Positions 8,447 to 17,867 of a stretch of DNA of 32,163 bases are shown here, piece by piece (within the stretch, counting starts at the first letter, position 1; each line of letters opens with the position of its first letter). Made by a program: the position numbers and the translations under genes. Below the pieces are notes generated by a model, which saw only the letters and a list, made by a program, of their open reading frames with translations, was not told the origin of the DNA and made no database searches. The DNA lies in the NCBI GenBank assembly GCA_049288275.1, contig JBAQHK010000242.1:1-32163 (forward strand). The letters are read 5' to 3'. Origin of the DNA: a bacterium (GTDB lineage Bacteria > Arandabacterota > Arandabacteria > Arandabacterales > Arandabacteraceae).

Positions 8447-9682
8447 CTACAGGCCCAGGACCGAGACCATCGCGCGATTGAGATCGGTGTTGTCCTTGAA
8501 CCCCGAGAAACGCTCCTCACCCGGCCCCCGGGCGATAACCGGAACCATGGTGCCCGTGTGGCTGCCCGACAACCACTTGACAAAGCCGAAGCCCTCAGCC
8601 GTGAGGTTCGCAGCGTCCTCGACCGGCGGATAGCCCTTCTCGGTCGCCGTAAGAGCGGGGGCGCCGGTGTCGTGGTCGGCCGTGACCACTATGGTCAGCG
8701 TCGAGTCGCTCGACTGGTAATCCATGGCATGACCCAGAGCGGCGTCGAAGGCCAAGAGCTCGCCGAGCGCCACGCCCAGGAGGTTGTCGTGCTCGGCGTG
8801 ATCTATCCTGCCGCCTTCCACCACCAGCACAAACCCGTCGGGATCGGCGGTGAGCACCCTCAAGGCCGCCTTGAACATGTCCGACAGGGAAGGGGTCTCG
8901 AAGTCACGCCGGTCGCCCTCAAAGGGAATGTCCTGGGTCGCGAAGAGGCCCAGGATCTTCGTCCCCTCGGCGGCCCTCAGGCCTTCCTTGTCCCGAGCGA
9001 CATCAAAGCCCCGGTCCCGTGCCTCCTCGGTGAGGTCCCTGCCGTCGCTACGCAGGCCCTGTCCTTCGGGCAACCCCGCCGGCAGGAAGTAGGCGCTGCC
9101 GCCTCCCATCACCACCGACGCGCCCCCCTCCACGATCTGGGTGGCTATGTTGAACTCCGCGTCTCTCGAGGACGAGTGGGCCAGAAAGCCGGCCGGCGTG
9201 GCGTCGGTGACCGCCGTGGTTGTGACCACCCCGACGGACTTGCCCGCTCGGAGAGCCTTCTCGAAGAGGTTCTCGAGGCGCGAGCCGTCGGCAGCGATGC
9301 CCACCATGCCGTTGTTGGTCTTGGACCCGGTGGCAAGCGCCGTGGCCCCCGCGGCCGAGTCCGTGACCAGCTTGTTGTTGGAGTAAGTGGTGGCCATGCC
9401 CAGCCGGCCCGTCGCGGCAAGCGCAACCATGTTGAGCTCGACCTCGAGTGCCTTGTCCGAGTAGACCTTGGCCAGGCTCACGATCCCCGGTCCCATACCG
9501 TCGCCTATGAAGAGAATCAGGCTCCCGGCCCGCGTCCCGAGATGGGCCGCCGAAGGATTGGAGCCCTCGGGCCAGGGTTGGTTGCCGGCCGCCGGCCCAG
9601 CCACAGAACAGCCGGCAAAACACAGGGCCGCCAAGGCGGCAAGGCAGACAAGTCTATTCAAGGTCGCCTTAGGCAGTAACAT
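8447..9682 (-). CDS. Alkaline phosphatase (PhoA family), lipoprotein-type signal
   Basis: LVCLAALAALCFAGC is a signal/lipobox. TDSAAGATALATG is the active-site Ser motif, and DHAEHD and VTADHDTG/SGSHTG are metal-ligand motifs. ATG 9682 is preceded by GGGAGGA. Confidence 0.85.
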   Translation of the reverse strand: MLLPKATLNRLVCLAALAALCFAGCSVAGPAAGNQPWPEGSNPSAAHLGTRAGSLILFIGDGMGPGIVSLAKVYSDKALEVELNMVALAATGRLGMATTYSNNKLVTDSAAGATALATGSKTNNGMVGIAADGSRLENLFEKALRAGKSVGVVTTTAVTDATPAGFLAHSSSRDAEFNIATQIVEGGASVVMGGGSAYFLPAGLPEGQGLRSDGRDLTEEARDRGFDVARDKEGLRAAEGTKILGLFATQDIPFEGDRRDFETPSLSDMFKAALRVLTADPDGFVLVVEGGRIDHAEHDNLLGVALGELLAFDAALGHAMDYQSSDSTLTIVVTADHDTGAPALTATEKGYPPVEDAANLTAEGFGFVKWLSGSHTGTMVPVIARGPGEERFSGFKDNTDLNRAMVSVLGL

Positions 9683-9799
9683 ACGTCCTCCCTCGCTTGA
9701 GCTGTGGTCACAGGTGAAGATAACACATCGGCCCCCGATCTCAAAGCCTACAGCCCCGGGCGCGGCCGGACCCTGTGCTGACTCGCACGCCTCCCGCCC

Positions 9800-10336
9800 C
9801 TACTTGCCACACTGCTCGGGAGCAGCCTCGCCCCCCGGCGAGCCGGCGACCCGGTTTATGGCCTCGGCAAGCCTCCGAGCCGCTGCTTCGACCGCCGGAC
9901 CCATCGGACCGCCGAACTCGAGGCTCCCGGGCTGAATCGCGACGAAGAAGGTCTCGGCGTCGGTCCCGGCCTCCACGTAGTCGGTCAGAAGCACCAACCG
10001 GGCAGCGTGGGTCGATATCCCACCGCCGCCTATCTCGTCCCTGGCTATCGCGCGCACATCGCCCGGCGCGCCCCCGAAGTCCGCGGCGTCTATGACCACC
10101 ACCTTCTCCGGCCCGAGCCGCACGATCACACCGAGGTAGTTCTCGGGGGTCTCGCCGCAGTCCAGGACCGTGAGGCGCCCTGACGGCCTGATCAGGCGCC
10201 CCACAAAGGGGCCCACCCCGTCGTCGCCGCGCCATTCATTGCCCACGCAGGCCACGACCACACGGCCGGAGAGCATTCGCCTGAGGAGATTCCGATCCAG
10301 CATGGTTCCCGATCTTGACGTCGCGCCCTCGGCCAC
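9800..10336 (-). CDS. Hydrogenase maturation endopeptidase (HycI/HoxW family)
   Basis: VVACVGNEWRGDDGVGPFVGRL is the family signature. It is the last gene of the hydrogenase operon. GTG 10336 overlaps the stop of the upstream gene (TAGTG); an alternative ATG lies at 10303. Confidence 0.75.
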   Translation of the reverse strand: MAEGATSRSGTMLDRNLLRRMLSGRVVVACVGNEWRGDDGVGPFVGRLIRPSGRLTVLDCGETPENYLGVIVRLGPEKVVVIDAADFGGAPGDVRAIARDEIGGGGISTHAARLVLLTDYVEAGTDAETFFVAIQPGSLEFGGPMGPAVEAAARRLAEAINRVAGSPGGEAAPEQCGK

Positions 10337-10944
10337 TATGCCTTAAGCTGAACCTGACGACGGCACTTGGGGCAGAGGATCCTGACCACGTCCTGCCTGC
10401 CGACGTCCGCCTTCTGGTCGCGCGGGGGAGCGTCCTTGAGGAGGCTGGAGTCCTTGAGAGCCGTAAGAACGAGGGTCGGATTGGAGTAGGCCAGAGGACC
10501 GATCCTCTCGGCCACCCACTTTATGTGATCGGCGGCGCCCACGACGTCGCCGCACATCTCGCACAGCACCAGATCCTTCTCGACACCCGTCACGGCGTCG
10601 TTTCGGTTGAACCAGACGGTGTTGTAGTCGTCGGTCAGCTTGATGCCCTTCTTGGTAATGCAGTTGGCCTCGCACTGGCCGCACTGGATGCACTTGTCGT
10701 AGCGAAGCGTTATCTTGCGCTTCCTGGTCTTGGGATCGTCCTCCACCTGGATGTCGTTGGCGGGGCACACCAGGGCGCACGCTCCGCATCCCACGCAACC
10801 CTTCTCGTCATAAACCGCCTTGCCCCTGAATCGCTTGGCCGCCGGTGACGGTTTCTTGGGGAAAGGATGGGTGTACGGCCCCGTGAAGAGCGCGGTCAGA
10901 GCCTCTTTCAGGATCCTGCCCTGGAGTATCCCTGGAAGTTTCAT
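10336..10944 (-). CDS. Group 4 hydrogenase 2x[4Fe-4S] subunit (NuoI/HycF-like) with a C-terminal CxxC...CxxC extension
   Basis: CVGCGACALVCP and CIQCGQCEANC are two ferredoxin-type cluster motifs. The C-terminus carries CEMCGD...CPKCRR, which is zinc-ribbon-like. A 1-nt gap separates it from the upstream gene. Confidence 0.8.
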   Translation of the reverse strand: MKLPGILQGRILKEALTALFTGPYTHPFPKKPSPAAKRFRGKAVYDEKGCVGCGACALVCPANDIQVEDDPKTRKRKITLRYDKCIQCGQCEANCITKKGIKLTDDYNTVWFNRNDAVTGVEKDLVLCEMCGDVVGAADHIKWVAERIGPLAYSNPTLVLTALKDSSLLKDAPPRDQKADVGRQDVVRILCPKCRRQVQLKA

Positions 10945-10945
10945 C

Positions 10946-12424
10946 TCACATCCCCAGTATGTTGGCGCCGTAGGTGACGCCTTCCTGGATCACCTTGGCG
11001 GCGGACATGAAGAAGTCGGCTTGAATCCGCGGCAGCCACAGCAGCCCCATGGAGAAACAAAGGGCTGTCAGCACGACCGCCACGGCCTGCATCAAGGCCG
11101 GCACCGCGCGCCTGGTCTCCATGCCTTCCCTGGCCTGGTCGTGGAGCACGACCTTCTGGAACCTGGCCATGGAGGCGATGGTGAGGATGCTTCCCGCCAC
11201 CATCCACGCCGCGTATCCGTATCGCTCGGCCTGGACCACGGCAACCAGGATGAAGAGCTTGCTCCAGAACCCGCCGAATGGCGGAATGCCCGACAGCGAC
11301 AGAGCTCCTATGGTTGAGGTTGCGCCCACCACCGGCAGCTTGTGCTTCACGTCCCCCAGGCGATCGTAGGAGGTGCCGCCGGTCGCATGCTCGAGCGAGC
11401 CCGCGTTCATGAAGAGCAGCGTCTTGGCAACCGCGACGTTCATCATGTGAAAGAGCGCAGCCGCGATGCCCAAGCGGGTCCCCAGGCCCAAACCCAGCAG
11501 CACAAAGCCGGTCTCGCTTATGGTGTGATATGACAGCACTCGCTTGAGATCGTTCTGGGCAAGGGCCGCCAGCGCGCCGATGATAATCGAAAGCGCGCCG
11601 AGCACAAGCAGCAGGCTGAGGACCGTCGGGGTCGCCCCCAGGGCGTTGAAGAGAACCCTCATCATGGCGAAGACACCCACGGCCTTCATCAGCACGCCGC
11701 AGAGCGTCGCCGAGAAGGACGTCGGGGCGGAGTCCACAAGGCCGACCAGCCAGCCGTGGAACGGGAACATGCCCGCCTGGAGCCCAAGCCCCACCAGAAA
11801 GAGCGCCAGAGCCAGAAGATGCCACGTGGTCGGACCCGTTCCGACGGTCTTGGCCACCTGAGCCATGTTGACGCTGTGCGCCGAGCCGTAGGTCACCAGC
11901 ATCCCCGCCAGGACAAGCGCCACACCTATGCCGGCCGCGACGAGGTACTTCGAAGCGGCCCGGGCATCCGCGCCCGCGCCGCGATGGGCCAGCATCGCGT
12001 AAGCCGCCGCTGATACCATCGCGACCGCCACCAGGACCCCAACGAGATCGCCAGCCAGCACCGCCCAGTTGGCTCCTGCAAGACTCAGCATCAGCAGCGC
12101 ATGGTGCCTGACCTTCAGGGCCCGCTCGACATAGGCGATCGAGTACAGAGCCCCGGCCAACCCTATCAGGTTCGTGGTGATCAGCATCACAACCGCCGGC
12201 CCATCGAGCACCAGGCTCATGCCCGGAGTGCCCTGCGGGGGAACGCCACCGGTGATCCAAAGGATCCCGCTCTTGCCCACAGAGACAAGAGCCATCAACG
12301 AGAGCACGCCGGCAGCCAGGGTCGCCAGGGCGTCAGCCACGGCCGGGCTCCGCTTGCCCATGAGCGCGACCAGGACGCCCGCTACCAGAGGCACGAGCAG
12401 GAACAGGTAAAGAGCAGATGTCAT
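10946..12424 (-). CDS. Antiporter-like membrane subunit (NuoN/NuoM / Mrp D-like) of the hydrogenase complex
   Basis: Polytopic protein with the FPFHGWL and GIPPFGGFWSK motifs of complex I antiporter-like subunits. ATG 12424 lies 4 nt after the upstream stop. The ORF-track N-terminal extension is rejected. Confidence 0.8.
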   Translation of the reverse strand: MTSALYLFLLVPLVAGVLVALMGKRSPAVADALATLAAGVLSLMALVSVGKSGILWITGGVPPQGTPGMSLVLDGPAVVMLITTNLIGLAGALYSIAYVERALKVRHHALLMLSLAGANWAVLAGDLVGVLVAVAMVSAAAYAMLAHRGAGADARAASKYLVAAGIGVALVLAGMLVTYGSAHSVNMAQVAKTVGTGPTTWHLLALALFLVGLGLQAGMFPFHGWLVGLVDSAPTSFSATLCGVLMKAVGVFAMMRVLFNALGATPTVLSLLLVLGALSIIIGALAALAQNDLKRVLSYHTISETGFVLLGLGLGTRLGIAAALFHMMNVAVAKTLLFMNAGSLEHATGGTSYDRLGDVKHKLPVVGATSTIGALSLSGIPPFGGFWSKLFILVAVVQAERYGYAAWMVAGSILTIASMARFQKVVLHDQAREGMETRRAVPALMQAVAVVLTALCFSMGLLWLPRIQADFFMSAAKVIQEGVTYGANILGM

Positions 12425-12428
12425 AGTG

Positions 12429-14252
12429 TCACCGCACCAGCACGGCCAAGACCACAACCGCGCCCGCTATTAGCCAGACAAGGCCCCCGGCGAAGAAGCC
12501 GCTGTGCAAGACCTTGGCTCCCCTCGCGAGATACCCGACCAGGTCCCTGCCGTACTCATAGATGTCGAGGTTCTTGGCCCCGGCCCAGCGCTGGATCCTC
12601 TTGAAGCACGGCATGTCCGTGATGGTGTTGTAGAATTCCGTGCCGGTTACCCGCGCCTCGGCCGGAAGAATCTCGCCGCCGACGTAGGCCGAATCGCGCC
12701 TCACCGCCCTCGCCCGACCTGCGAGATATATCAGGAGCCCTATCCCCAGTCCCGCAAGTATCAGCAGCGTGGCAACGCCAAGGTTCCACCAATTGAGCCA
12801 GACGCCGCCACCGGGAACCCGGAGCGAGGGAACCGCGCTCACCGCCGGCACGATGAAGGCCTTGAGCGGCAGCGCGTAGGCGAACACTCCAAACACCAGC
12901 CCGACCACGCCAAGCAGAATCATCGGGAGCCACATGAGGATGCCGACTTCTTTGGGCCCCTGGCCGCCCCTCGCCCTTATCCCCAGAAAGACTCCGTGCA
13001 GGAGCTTGACGAAGCTGGCGAGCGTCAGGGCCGAGCCGAACATGGCCGCGACAAGCCAAATCACCCAGAGATGACCGCCGCCCTTGCCCAGATCGACGAT
13101 CCCCTGGTAGACCATCCATTTCGAGGCGAAGCCGCCGAAGGGCGGGACGCCGGATATGGCCAGCGCCGCCAGCAGGCAGGACGCGAAGGTCACAGGCATG
13201 AACCGCGCCAGGCCCCCAAGCTTGTCGAGGCTGGTTGTTCCCTCGCGCTTCTCCACCGCGCCGCCTGTGAGGAAGAGACATCCCTTGGCGATCGCGTTGT
13301 TGAGCATGTGGAAGAGCCCGCCGGCAACGCCGACGGGATTCAGGGTGCCTATGCCGATGACCATGTAGCCCACCTGGCTGACCGCGTGGTAGCCCAGCAA
13401 GCGCTTCATGTCGTGCTGAACCAGCGCCATCATCACGCCGCCCAGGAGCGTGACCGCGCCGACGACGAGCAGTATCAGCGCCATGGCGGGCGTCAGATTA
13501 AACAGGTGAAGCGATACCCGCGCCAGCAGATAGATCCCCAGGAGTTTGTCAAGGGACGCCGGCAGGAAGGCCACCGCGGAAGCGGGGCCGGCCTCGGCGG
13601 CCTCGGGCACCCACCCGTGGAAGGGCATGGCTCCTGCCTTGGCGAACGCGGCGCAGGCAAACAGTATGAAGGTCAGGCAGGCCAGCCCGGTGATCGTCGG
13701 TATGGCTTCCTGGGTAAGACTGGTGGAGCCGGTCATCAGCCAGAGGATCACCACCGCAAACGCAAGCAGCGCGTCGGTTCCGCCCACTATGATCGAGGTC
13801 TTCTTGACCGCGGCGGAGGCCGAGGCTCCGGCGACGTCTATCAGGAGATGGAGCATCAGGCCCAGGAATGCCCACATGGCCACCAAGAGGATCATGTCGT
13901 TGGCCAGGACCACCCCGCAGGCCGCCGCCAGGGACAGCAGTGAGTAGCCGTAGTACTCGCCCAGGCGGCTCCTGTCTTTCATGAAGCCCACCGAGTAGAG
14001 CATCATCAGGAATCCGAAGATGCCCACCCAGAGGAGGACAAACGACGAGAGGGCGTCCACCTTGAGCATGGCGACGCCGAAAACCTTGGCCTCGACCCAG
14101 CCCTGGCGGAAGAGCAGAATCGCGACGACCAGCGTCACGGCCGACGCCACCAGGGTGATCGTCTCACGCACGCCCTTCAGGGCCCCGGGGAGGACTCTCA
14201 CCAGTATCCCGGCAATAGCGGGCACCACAATCGTGTAGAGCGTTAGCTCCAT
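12429..14252 (-). CDS. NuoL/HycC-like antiporter-type membrane subunit (607 aa)
   Basis: MPFHGWVPEA, GYHAVSQVGYM and SGVPPFGGFASKW motifs. Size and architecture are those of HycC/HyfB/MbhH. Its start overlaps the large-subunit stop by 10 nt (ATGGAGCTAA). Confidence 0.85.
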   Translation of the reverse strand: MELTLYTIVVPAIAGILVRVLPGALKGVRETITLVASAVTLVVAILLFRQGWVEAKVFGVAMLKVDALSSFVLLWVGIFGFLMMLYSVGFMKDRSRLGEYYGYSLLSLAAACGVVLANDMILLVAMWAFLGLMLHLLIDVAGASASAAVKKTSIIVGGTDALLAFAVVILWLMTGSTSLTQEAIPTITGLACLTFILFACAAFAKAGAMPFHGWVPEAAEAGPASAVAFLPASLDKLLGIYLLARVSLHLFNLTPAMALILLVVGAVTLLGGVMMALVQHDMKRLLGYHAVSQVGYMVIGIGTLNPVGVAGGLFHMLNNAIAKGCLFLTGGAVEKREGTTSLDKLGGLARFMPVTFASCLLAALAISGVPPFGGFASKWMVYQGIVDLGKGGGHLWVIWLVAAMFGSALTLASFVKLLHGVFLGIRARGGQGPKEVGILMWLPMILLGVVGLVFGVFAYALPLKAFIVPAVSAVPSLRVPGGGVWLNWWNLGVATLLILAGLGIGLLIYLAGRARAVRRDSAYVGGEILPAEARVTGTEFYNTITDMPCFKRIQRWAGAKNLDIYEYGRDLVGYLARGAKVLHSGFFAGGLVWLIAGAVVVLAVLVR

Positions 14253-15463
14253 ATTCTGTCCATCCTCGACCCGTACTTCTCAATCAGGTTACGGGTCTTC
14301 TCGTGGGACATCCTCAGGAGATCCTTTCCTGTAGCGATCTTCCTTCCCGTCCCCGCTTCTACCACCATGGTCCGCTCGGTGCAACAGTAGCACGGGTCGA
14401 TGGCCGCCAGGGTGATTGTGGCGTCCGAGACCGTGTACCCCACGCAGGCCCGCTTGTTGGTGGGGACGTTCATGTAACTCGGAGCCCGTATCTTGTAACG
14501 CAGCGGCTTGTTGGTCCCGTCCGAGCGGGTGAAGTGAATCACCTCACCGCGCGGCGCCTCGTGAGTGCCAATGCCCTCGCCGGGCGGTATCTCGATGTAG
14601 TTGGCGTCTATGCCGTCCTTGACCTCGAGGATCTTCTGGACGCACTGCTTGCAGATGCCCACCGATTCCAGAATCTCAAGGACCCGCACCACCAGCTTGT
14701 CGAAGATGTCGCCGTTGGCGGTGGTTATCACGTTGAACTTCACCCTGTCGTAGGCCGCGTATGGGTGGTCCCTTCTGACGTCGATGTCGTAGCCCGAGGC
14801 CCGCGCCGTTGGGCCCAGCGCTCCCAGCTCCACGCAGTCCTGCTTCGAGAGAACGCCGACGTTCTTGGTCCGCGCCTGAAGCACCGGGTCCGAGAGCGCG
14901 ACGTCCCTGAACATCATGGTGGGCTTCACCAGGCCGTCCAGCGTCGCGAGCACCTGCCGCATGTCTTCGTCGGCGAAGTCCCGCCGCACTCCTCCGGGCT
15001 TCATCATCCCGTAGTGGTTGCGGTTGCCGGTCAGGAGCTCGAAGAGATCCAGCACCGGCTCCCGGTACTTCCAGGCCCACATCCACACCGTGTTGTAGCC
15101 CAGGAAGTGACCCGCAAGCCCCAGCCACAGGAGGTGCGAGTGGATTCGCTCCAGCTCTCCTATGAATGTCCTGATGTACTTCGCACGCTCCGGTATGTCC
15201 AGATTGGCGCAATCCTCTATCGCCTGGACGCAGGCGAAGGGATGCGACGACGAGCAGATGCCGCATATCCGCTCCACGAGGAAGGGAATCTGATCGTAGC
15301 TCAGGTTCTCGGCGAGCTTCTCGATCCCCCGGTGGTTGTAACCGATCTCGATCTCCAGTTCGACGACCTTCTCGCCCTCGACGTGGAGCTTGAAGAACTC
15401 CGGCTCCTCCTGAAGGGGATGATAGGGACCGATAGGTATGATGGTCTTACTTGTTCTTGCCAT
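14243..15463 (-). CDS. [NiFe] hydrogenase large subunit, group 4 (HycE/EchE/MbhL-like)
   Basis: N-terminal L1 motif RICGICSSSH and C-terminal L2 motif DPCYCCTER followed by a ~45-aa extension. ATG 15463 has GGAGAG 9 nt upstream and is preferred over GTG 15472. Confidence 0.9.
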   Translation of the reverse strand: MARTSKTIIPIGPYHPLQEEPEFFKLHVEGEKVVELEIEIGYNHRGIEKLAENLSYDQIPFLVERICGICSSSHPFACVQAIEDCANLDIPERAKYIRTFIGELERIHSHLLWLGLAGHFLGYNTVWMWAWKYREPVLDLFELLTGNRNHYGMMKPGGVRRDFADEDMRQVLATLDGLVKPTMMFRDVALSDPVLQARTKNVGVLSKQDCVELGALGPTARASGYDIDVRRDHPYAAYDRVKFNVITTANGDIFDKLVVRVLEILESVGICKQCVQKILEVKDGIDANYIEIPPGEGIGTHEAPRGEVIHFTRSDGTNKPLRYKIRAPSYMNVPTNKRACVGYTVSDATITLAAIDPCYCCTERTMVVEAGTGRKIATGKDLLRMSHEKTRNLIEKYGSRMDRIWS

Positions 15464-15914
15464 TGTCCCCACCTCTCCAGTCCTTCCAGTCCCTCCGCAA
15501 CGGCCAGTTGTCCTTTGGCCAGTCGTCGGTCAACAGCAGGTGCCTCATGTCGGGATGGCCCTTGAACTCGATGCCCAAGAGCTCGTTCATCTCGCGCTCG
15601 ATCCACTCCGCGGCCGGCACACGGGTCGCGATGGACCCGATCGAAGGCGCTTGGCTGTCAAGCACTACCCTGAGATTGACAAAGCGGCCGGCCTTGTCGT
15701 CGGCGAAGTGATACAGGATTTCCATCCCGTGGGCCATGTGCATGCCCGTGGCTATCGAGAAACGGCACCCCAGGTCCTTGTAAAGGTACTCAGCCATGTC
15801 CGGAAGCCGCTTCGGGTCCACGGTTATGAAGGTCCGCCTCGGGCTCTTCTCATAGACCTCGACGACCGCGCCGCCGAACTTCCCCTTGAGGCCCTGGACT
15901 ACCTCGTCCGCCAT
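15447..15914 (-). CDS. NuoC-like (30-kDa) subunit of group 4 hydrogenase (HycE N-domain/EchD/MbhK-like)
   Basis: Similar to the NuoC family (…EYLYKDLGCRFSIATGMH…HPDMRHLL…). AGGAGGG lies 8 nt upstream of ATG 15914. It overlaps the large-subunit start by 17 nt. Confidence 0.8.
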   Translation of the reverse strand: MADEVVQGLKGKFGGAVVEVYEKSPRRTFITVDPKRLPDMAEYLYKDLGCRFSIATGMHMAHGMEILYHFADDKAGRFVNLRVVLDSQAPSIGSIATRVPAAEWIEREMNELLGIEFKGHPDMRHLLLTDDWPKDNWPLRRDWKDWRGGDNGKNK

Positions 15915-15937
15915 CTGCCCACCCTCCTGTCTCCTGC

Positions 15938-16369
15938 CTATTTCTTGAGCGCCGCAAGCTTGGCCTCGACCAGCGCGACAACCGCCTGTATCATGGCCTC
16001 AGGCTTGGGCGGACAACCGGTGATGTACGCGTCAACGGGAATGACCGAATCCAGCGGTTTGGTCTCGTTGTAAGACGGGCCAAACATCTCCGTGGAGCAG
16101 GAGCAATTGCCCACGGCGATCACGAAGCACGGCTGCGCGGCCTGGGCGATCACCCGCTTGAGGCGCTCGCCGGACTTCCTGTTCATCGAGCCCGTGACCA
16201 GGATCGCGTCCGCGTGGCGAACGCTGCCCACCAGCTGTATCCCGAAACGCTCGAGGTCGAACCGCGGCGTAAGCGCATCCAGTATCTCGATGTCGCAGTT
16301 GTTGCAGGGGCTCGCCGCGAGATGGAAGACCCATATCGATTTGGTTAAGGCTTTCAGCTTCAGGCTCAT
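15938..16369 (-). CDS. [NiFe] hydrogenase small subunit, group 4 (NuoB/HycG-like)
   Basis: SPCNNCDIE, GNCSCS and GCPPKPE are the NuoB-family cluster-binding motifs. ATG 16369 is preceded by GAGGACAGGG. The upstream 17 aa of the ORF-track call are rejected. Confidence 0.85.
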   Translation of the reverse strand: MSLKLKALTKSIWVFHLAASPCNNCDIEILDALTPRFDLERFGIQLVGSVRHADAILVTGSMNRKSGERLKRVIAQAAQPCFVIAVGNCSCSTEMFGPSYNETKPLDSVIPVDAYITGCPPKPEAMIQAVVALVEAKLAALKK

Positions 16370-16379
16370 GCCCTGTCCT

Positions 16380-17330
16380 CTACAAACCCAGAAACGCCAG
16401 AACCACCGCCAGGACGCCAAAGGGCGCGACCCCGATCCAGAAGAACCTCATGATCTGGTCGATCCTCAGGCGCGGATTGGTGTTACGGATCAGCACCATA
16501 ACGAGCAGGATGCCGAAGTACTCCAGCACCGCCCAGAGTATATTGAGATAAGAGCCTCTCCAATTGATGCCGCCCAGGAAGAGCACCAGGAGCAGCAGGG
16601 GGACCGTGAACTGCATCATCCAGTTGGTCAGCTTGAACAGCGCCAGCGCGACCCCGGAATACTCGATGTAAGCCCCGCCCATGATCTCGGTCTCGGCCTC
16701 CGGAGCGTCGAAGGGCACCTTGGCCAACTTGGCCTGCATCACCAGGAGCGAGATCACGAGCGCGATCGCTCCCGAGAAAGACGCCACGAAGGGCCTGGCC
16801 GCGGCCTGGGCCAGCACGATCTCGCCAAGCCTCAGGGTCGAGCCGGCCTTGATGATCGCGACAACTACCGCCAGCAGGAAGGGCAGCTCGTAGGCCAGGA
16901 TCAGCTTGGTTTCCCTGGAACCTCCCAGGGAGGCCAGCGGATTGGCCGACGCGAACGCCCCCAGGATTACCGCCTGCGAGGGCACGGTCAGAAGGTAAAG
17001 CACCACGACGAGATCGCCGGCGAAGCCCTGCTCCGGGAATATCACCGCCCGAATCAGGAGAGCCGTCACCACACCGATCGCTGCGAAGCCGAACAAGGGC
17101 GCCGACAGGAACAGGAACTTGGAGGCTCCCTCCGGCACCACTACCTGCTTGCCCAGGAGCTTTACGAAGTCGTAGAGCGGCTGGAAGAAGGGCGGTCCCA
17201 CCCTCCACTGCACCCTGGCGGTTATCTTGCGGTCGAACCAGTGAGCGAACATGCCGACAACGGCGGCCACGACGAACCCGCCTACAAGAAAGCCCGCGGT
17301 CTCCAGCACGCCCGACACAGTTCCGTTCAT
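16380..17330 (-). CDS. NuoH/HycD-like membrane subunit
   Basis: Polytopic 316-aa protein with the NuoH-family RVQWRVGPPFFQPLYDFVKL and YIEYSG segments. Confidence 0.85.
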   Translation of the reverse strand: MNGTVSGVLETAGFLVGGFVVAAVVGMFAHWFDRKITARVQWRVGPPFFQPLYDFVKLLGKQVVVPEGASKFLFLSAPLFGFAAIGVVTALLIRAVIFPEQGFAGDLVVVLYLLTVPSQAVILGAFASANPLASLGGSRETKLILAYELPFLLAVVVAIIKAGSTLRLGEIVLAQAAARPFVASFSGAIALVISLLVMQAKLAKVPFDAPEAETEIMGGAYIEYSGVALALFKLTNWMMQFTVPLLLLVLFLGGINWRGSYLNILWAVLEYFGILLVMVLIRNTNPRLRIDQIMRFFWIGVAPFGVLAVVLAFLGL

Positions 17331-17339
17331 AGAATCATG

Positions 17340-17822
17340 CTACCTTTTCCAAACATCGCATCTGACTATCAGGTGATCGCTCACCTGGCGAAGCCGTTCG
17401 GCCTCGTTGGGTTCGATCTCGGTCCACCGGATTGCTCCCGCCGGGCAGGTCCTCACGCACAGCGGCTCCTCCGCGGGAGCGATCCGCCCGAGGCAGTAAT
17501 CGCATCGCGACAGCCCGTAGGGGATCAATTCCGGGTAGATGGTGCCGAAGGGACAGGCCAGGGAGCACGACTTGCAGCTTATGCACCTCATGTTGTGGCG
17601 CCTGAGCACGCCCTTGTCGTCCTTCTCCAGAGCCTCCTTGGGGCAGGCGTTGACGCAGTTGGCGAACTCGCACCGCCGGCATATCACCGCGTAGGCCGCC
17701 AGCTCCCTCAAGGACGTCACGCCGTCGTTGCCCGGATGATAGGGATAGCTGCACTTGGCAGGGCAGTCGCCCCGCTCGGCGCACCGGTCGCAGACGTCCA
17801 GATCAATGAACAGTCGCTTCAA
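17340..17822 (-). CDS. Polyferredoxin, HycB-like 4Fe-4S electron-transfer subunit
   Basis: 16 Cys in multiple Cx2Cx2-4Cx3CP-type motifs (CDRCAERGDCPAKC, CRRCEFANCVNACP, CISCKSCSLACP, CDYCLGRIA..CVRTCP). The start is TTG 17822 with no in-frame ATG nearby; GAGG lies 8 nt upstream. Confidence 0.75.
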   Translation of the reverse strand: MKRLFIDLDVCDRCAERGDCPAKCSYPYHPGNDGVTSLRELAAYAVICRRCEFANCVNACPKEALEKDDKGVLRRHNMRCISCKSCSLACPFGTIYPELIPYGLSRCDYCLGRIAPAEEPLCVRTCPAGAIRWTEIEPNEAERLRQVSDHLIVRCDVWKR

Positions 17823-17867
17823 TCCTCAAACCTCACTGCCTCGTTTCCGGCGACTAATCCATGGCGA

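Noticed and set aside
6452-9679. 1075-aa plus-strand ORF spanning the glnA and alkaline phosphatase region
   Set aside because: It lies antisense to two genes with clear family signatures. Its translation is Arg/Gly/Ala/Pro-rich low-complexity with no recognisable domain and no RBS. This is a typical stop-codon-poor antisense frame in high-GC DNA.
14243-15463. Interpreting the large subunit as an Mbx/Mbs-type sulfur reductase or a complex-I NuoD-like relic
   Set aside because: Both CxxC Ni-Fe ligand pairs are intact and HycE-like, and a HycI-type protease gene is in the operon.
12504-15565. Plus-strand ORFs 12504-13943 (479 aa) and 14303-15565 (420 aa); also 10941-12260 minus, 21424-22845 minus, 4094-4771 minus, 4366-5124 plus
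   Set aside because: These are alternative or antisense frames inside well-supported genes (antiporter subunits, hydrogenase large subunit, SPFH-PDE-TPR gene, GT4). Their translations are biased, His/Arg/Gly/Pro-rich, and lack motifs.
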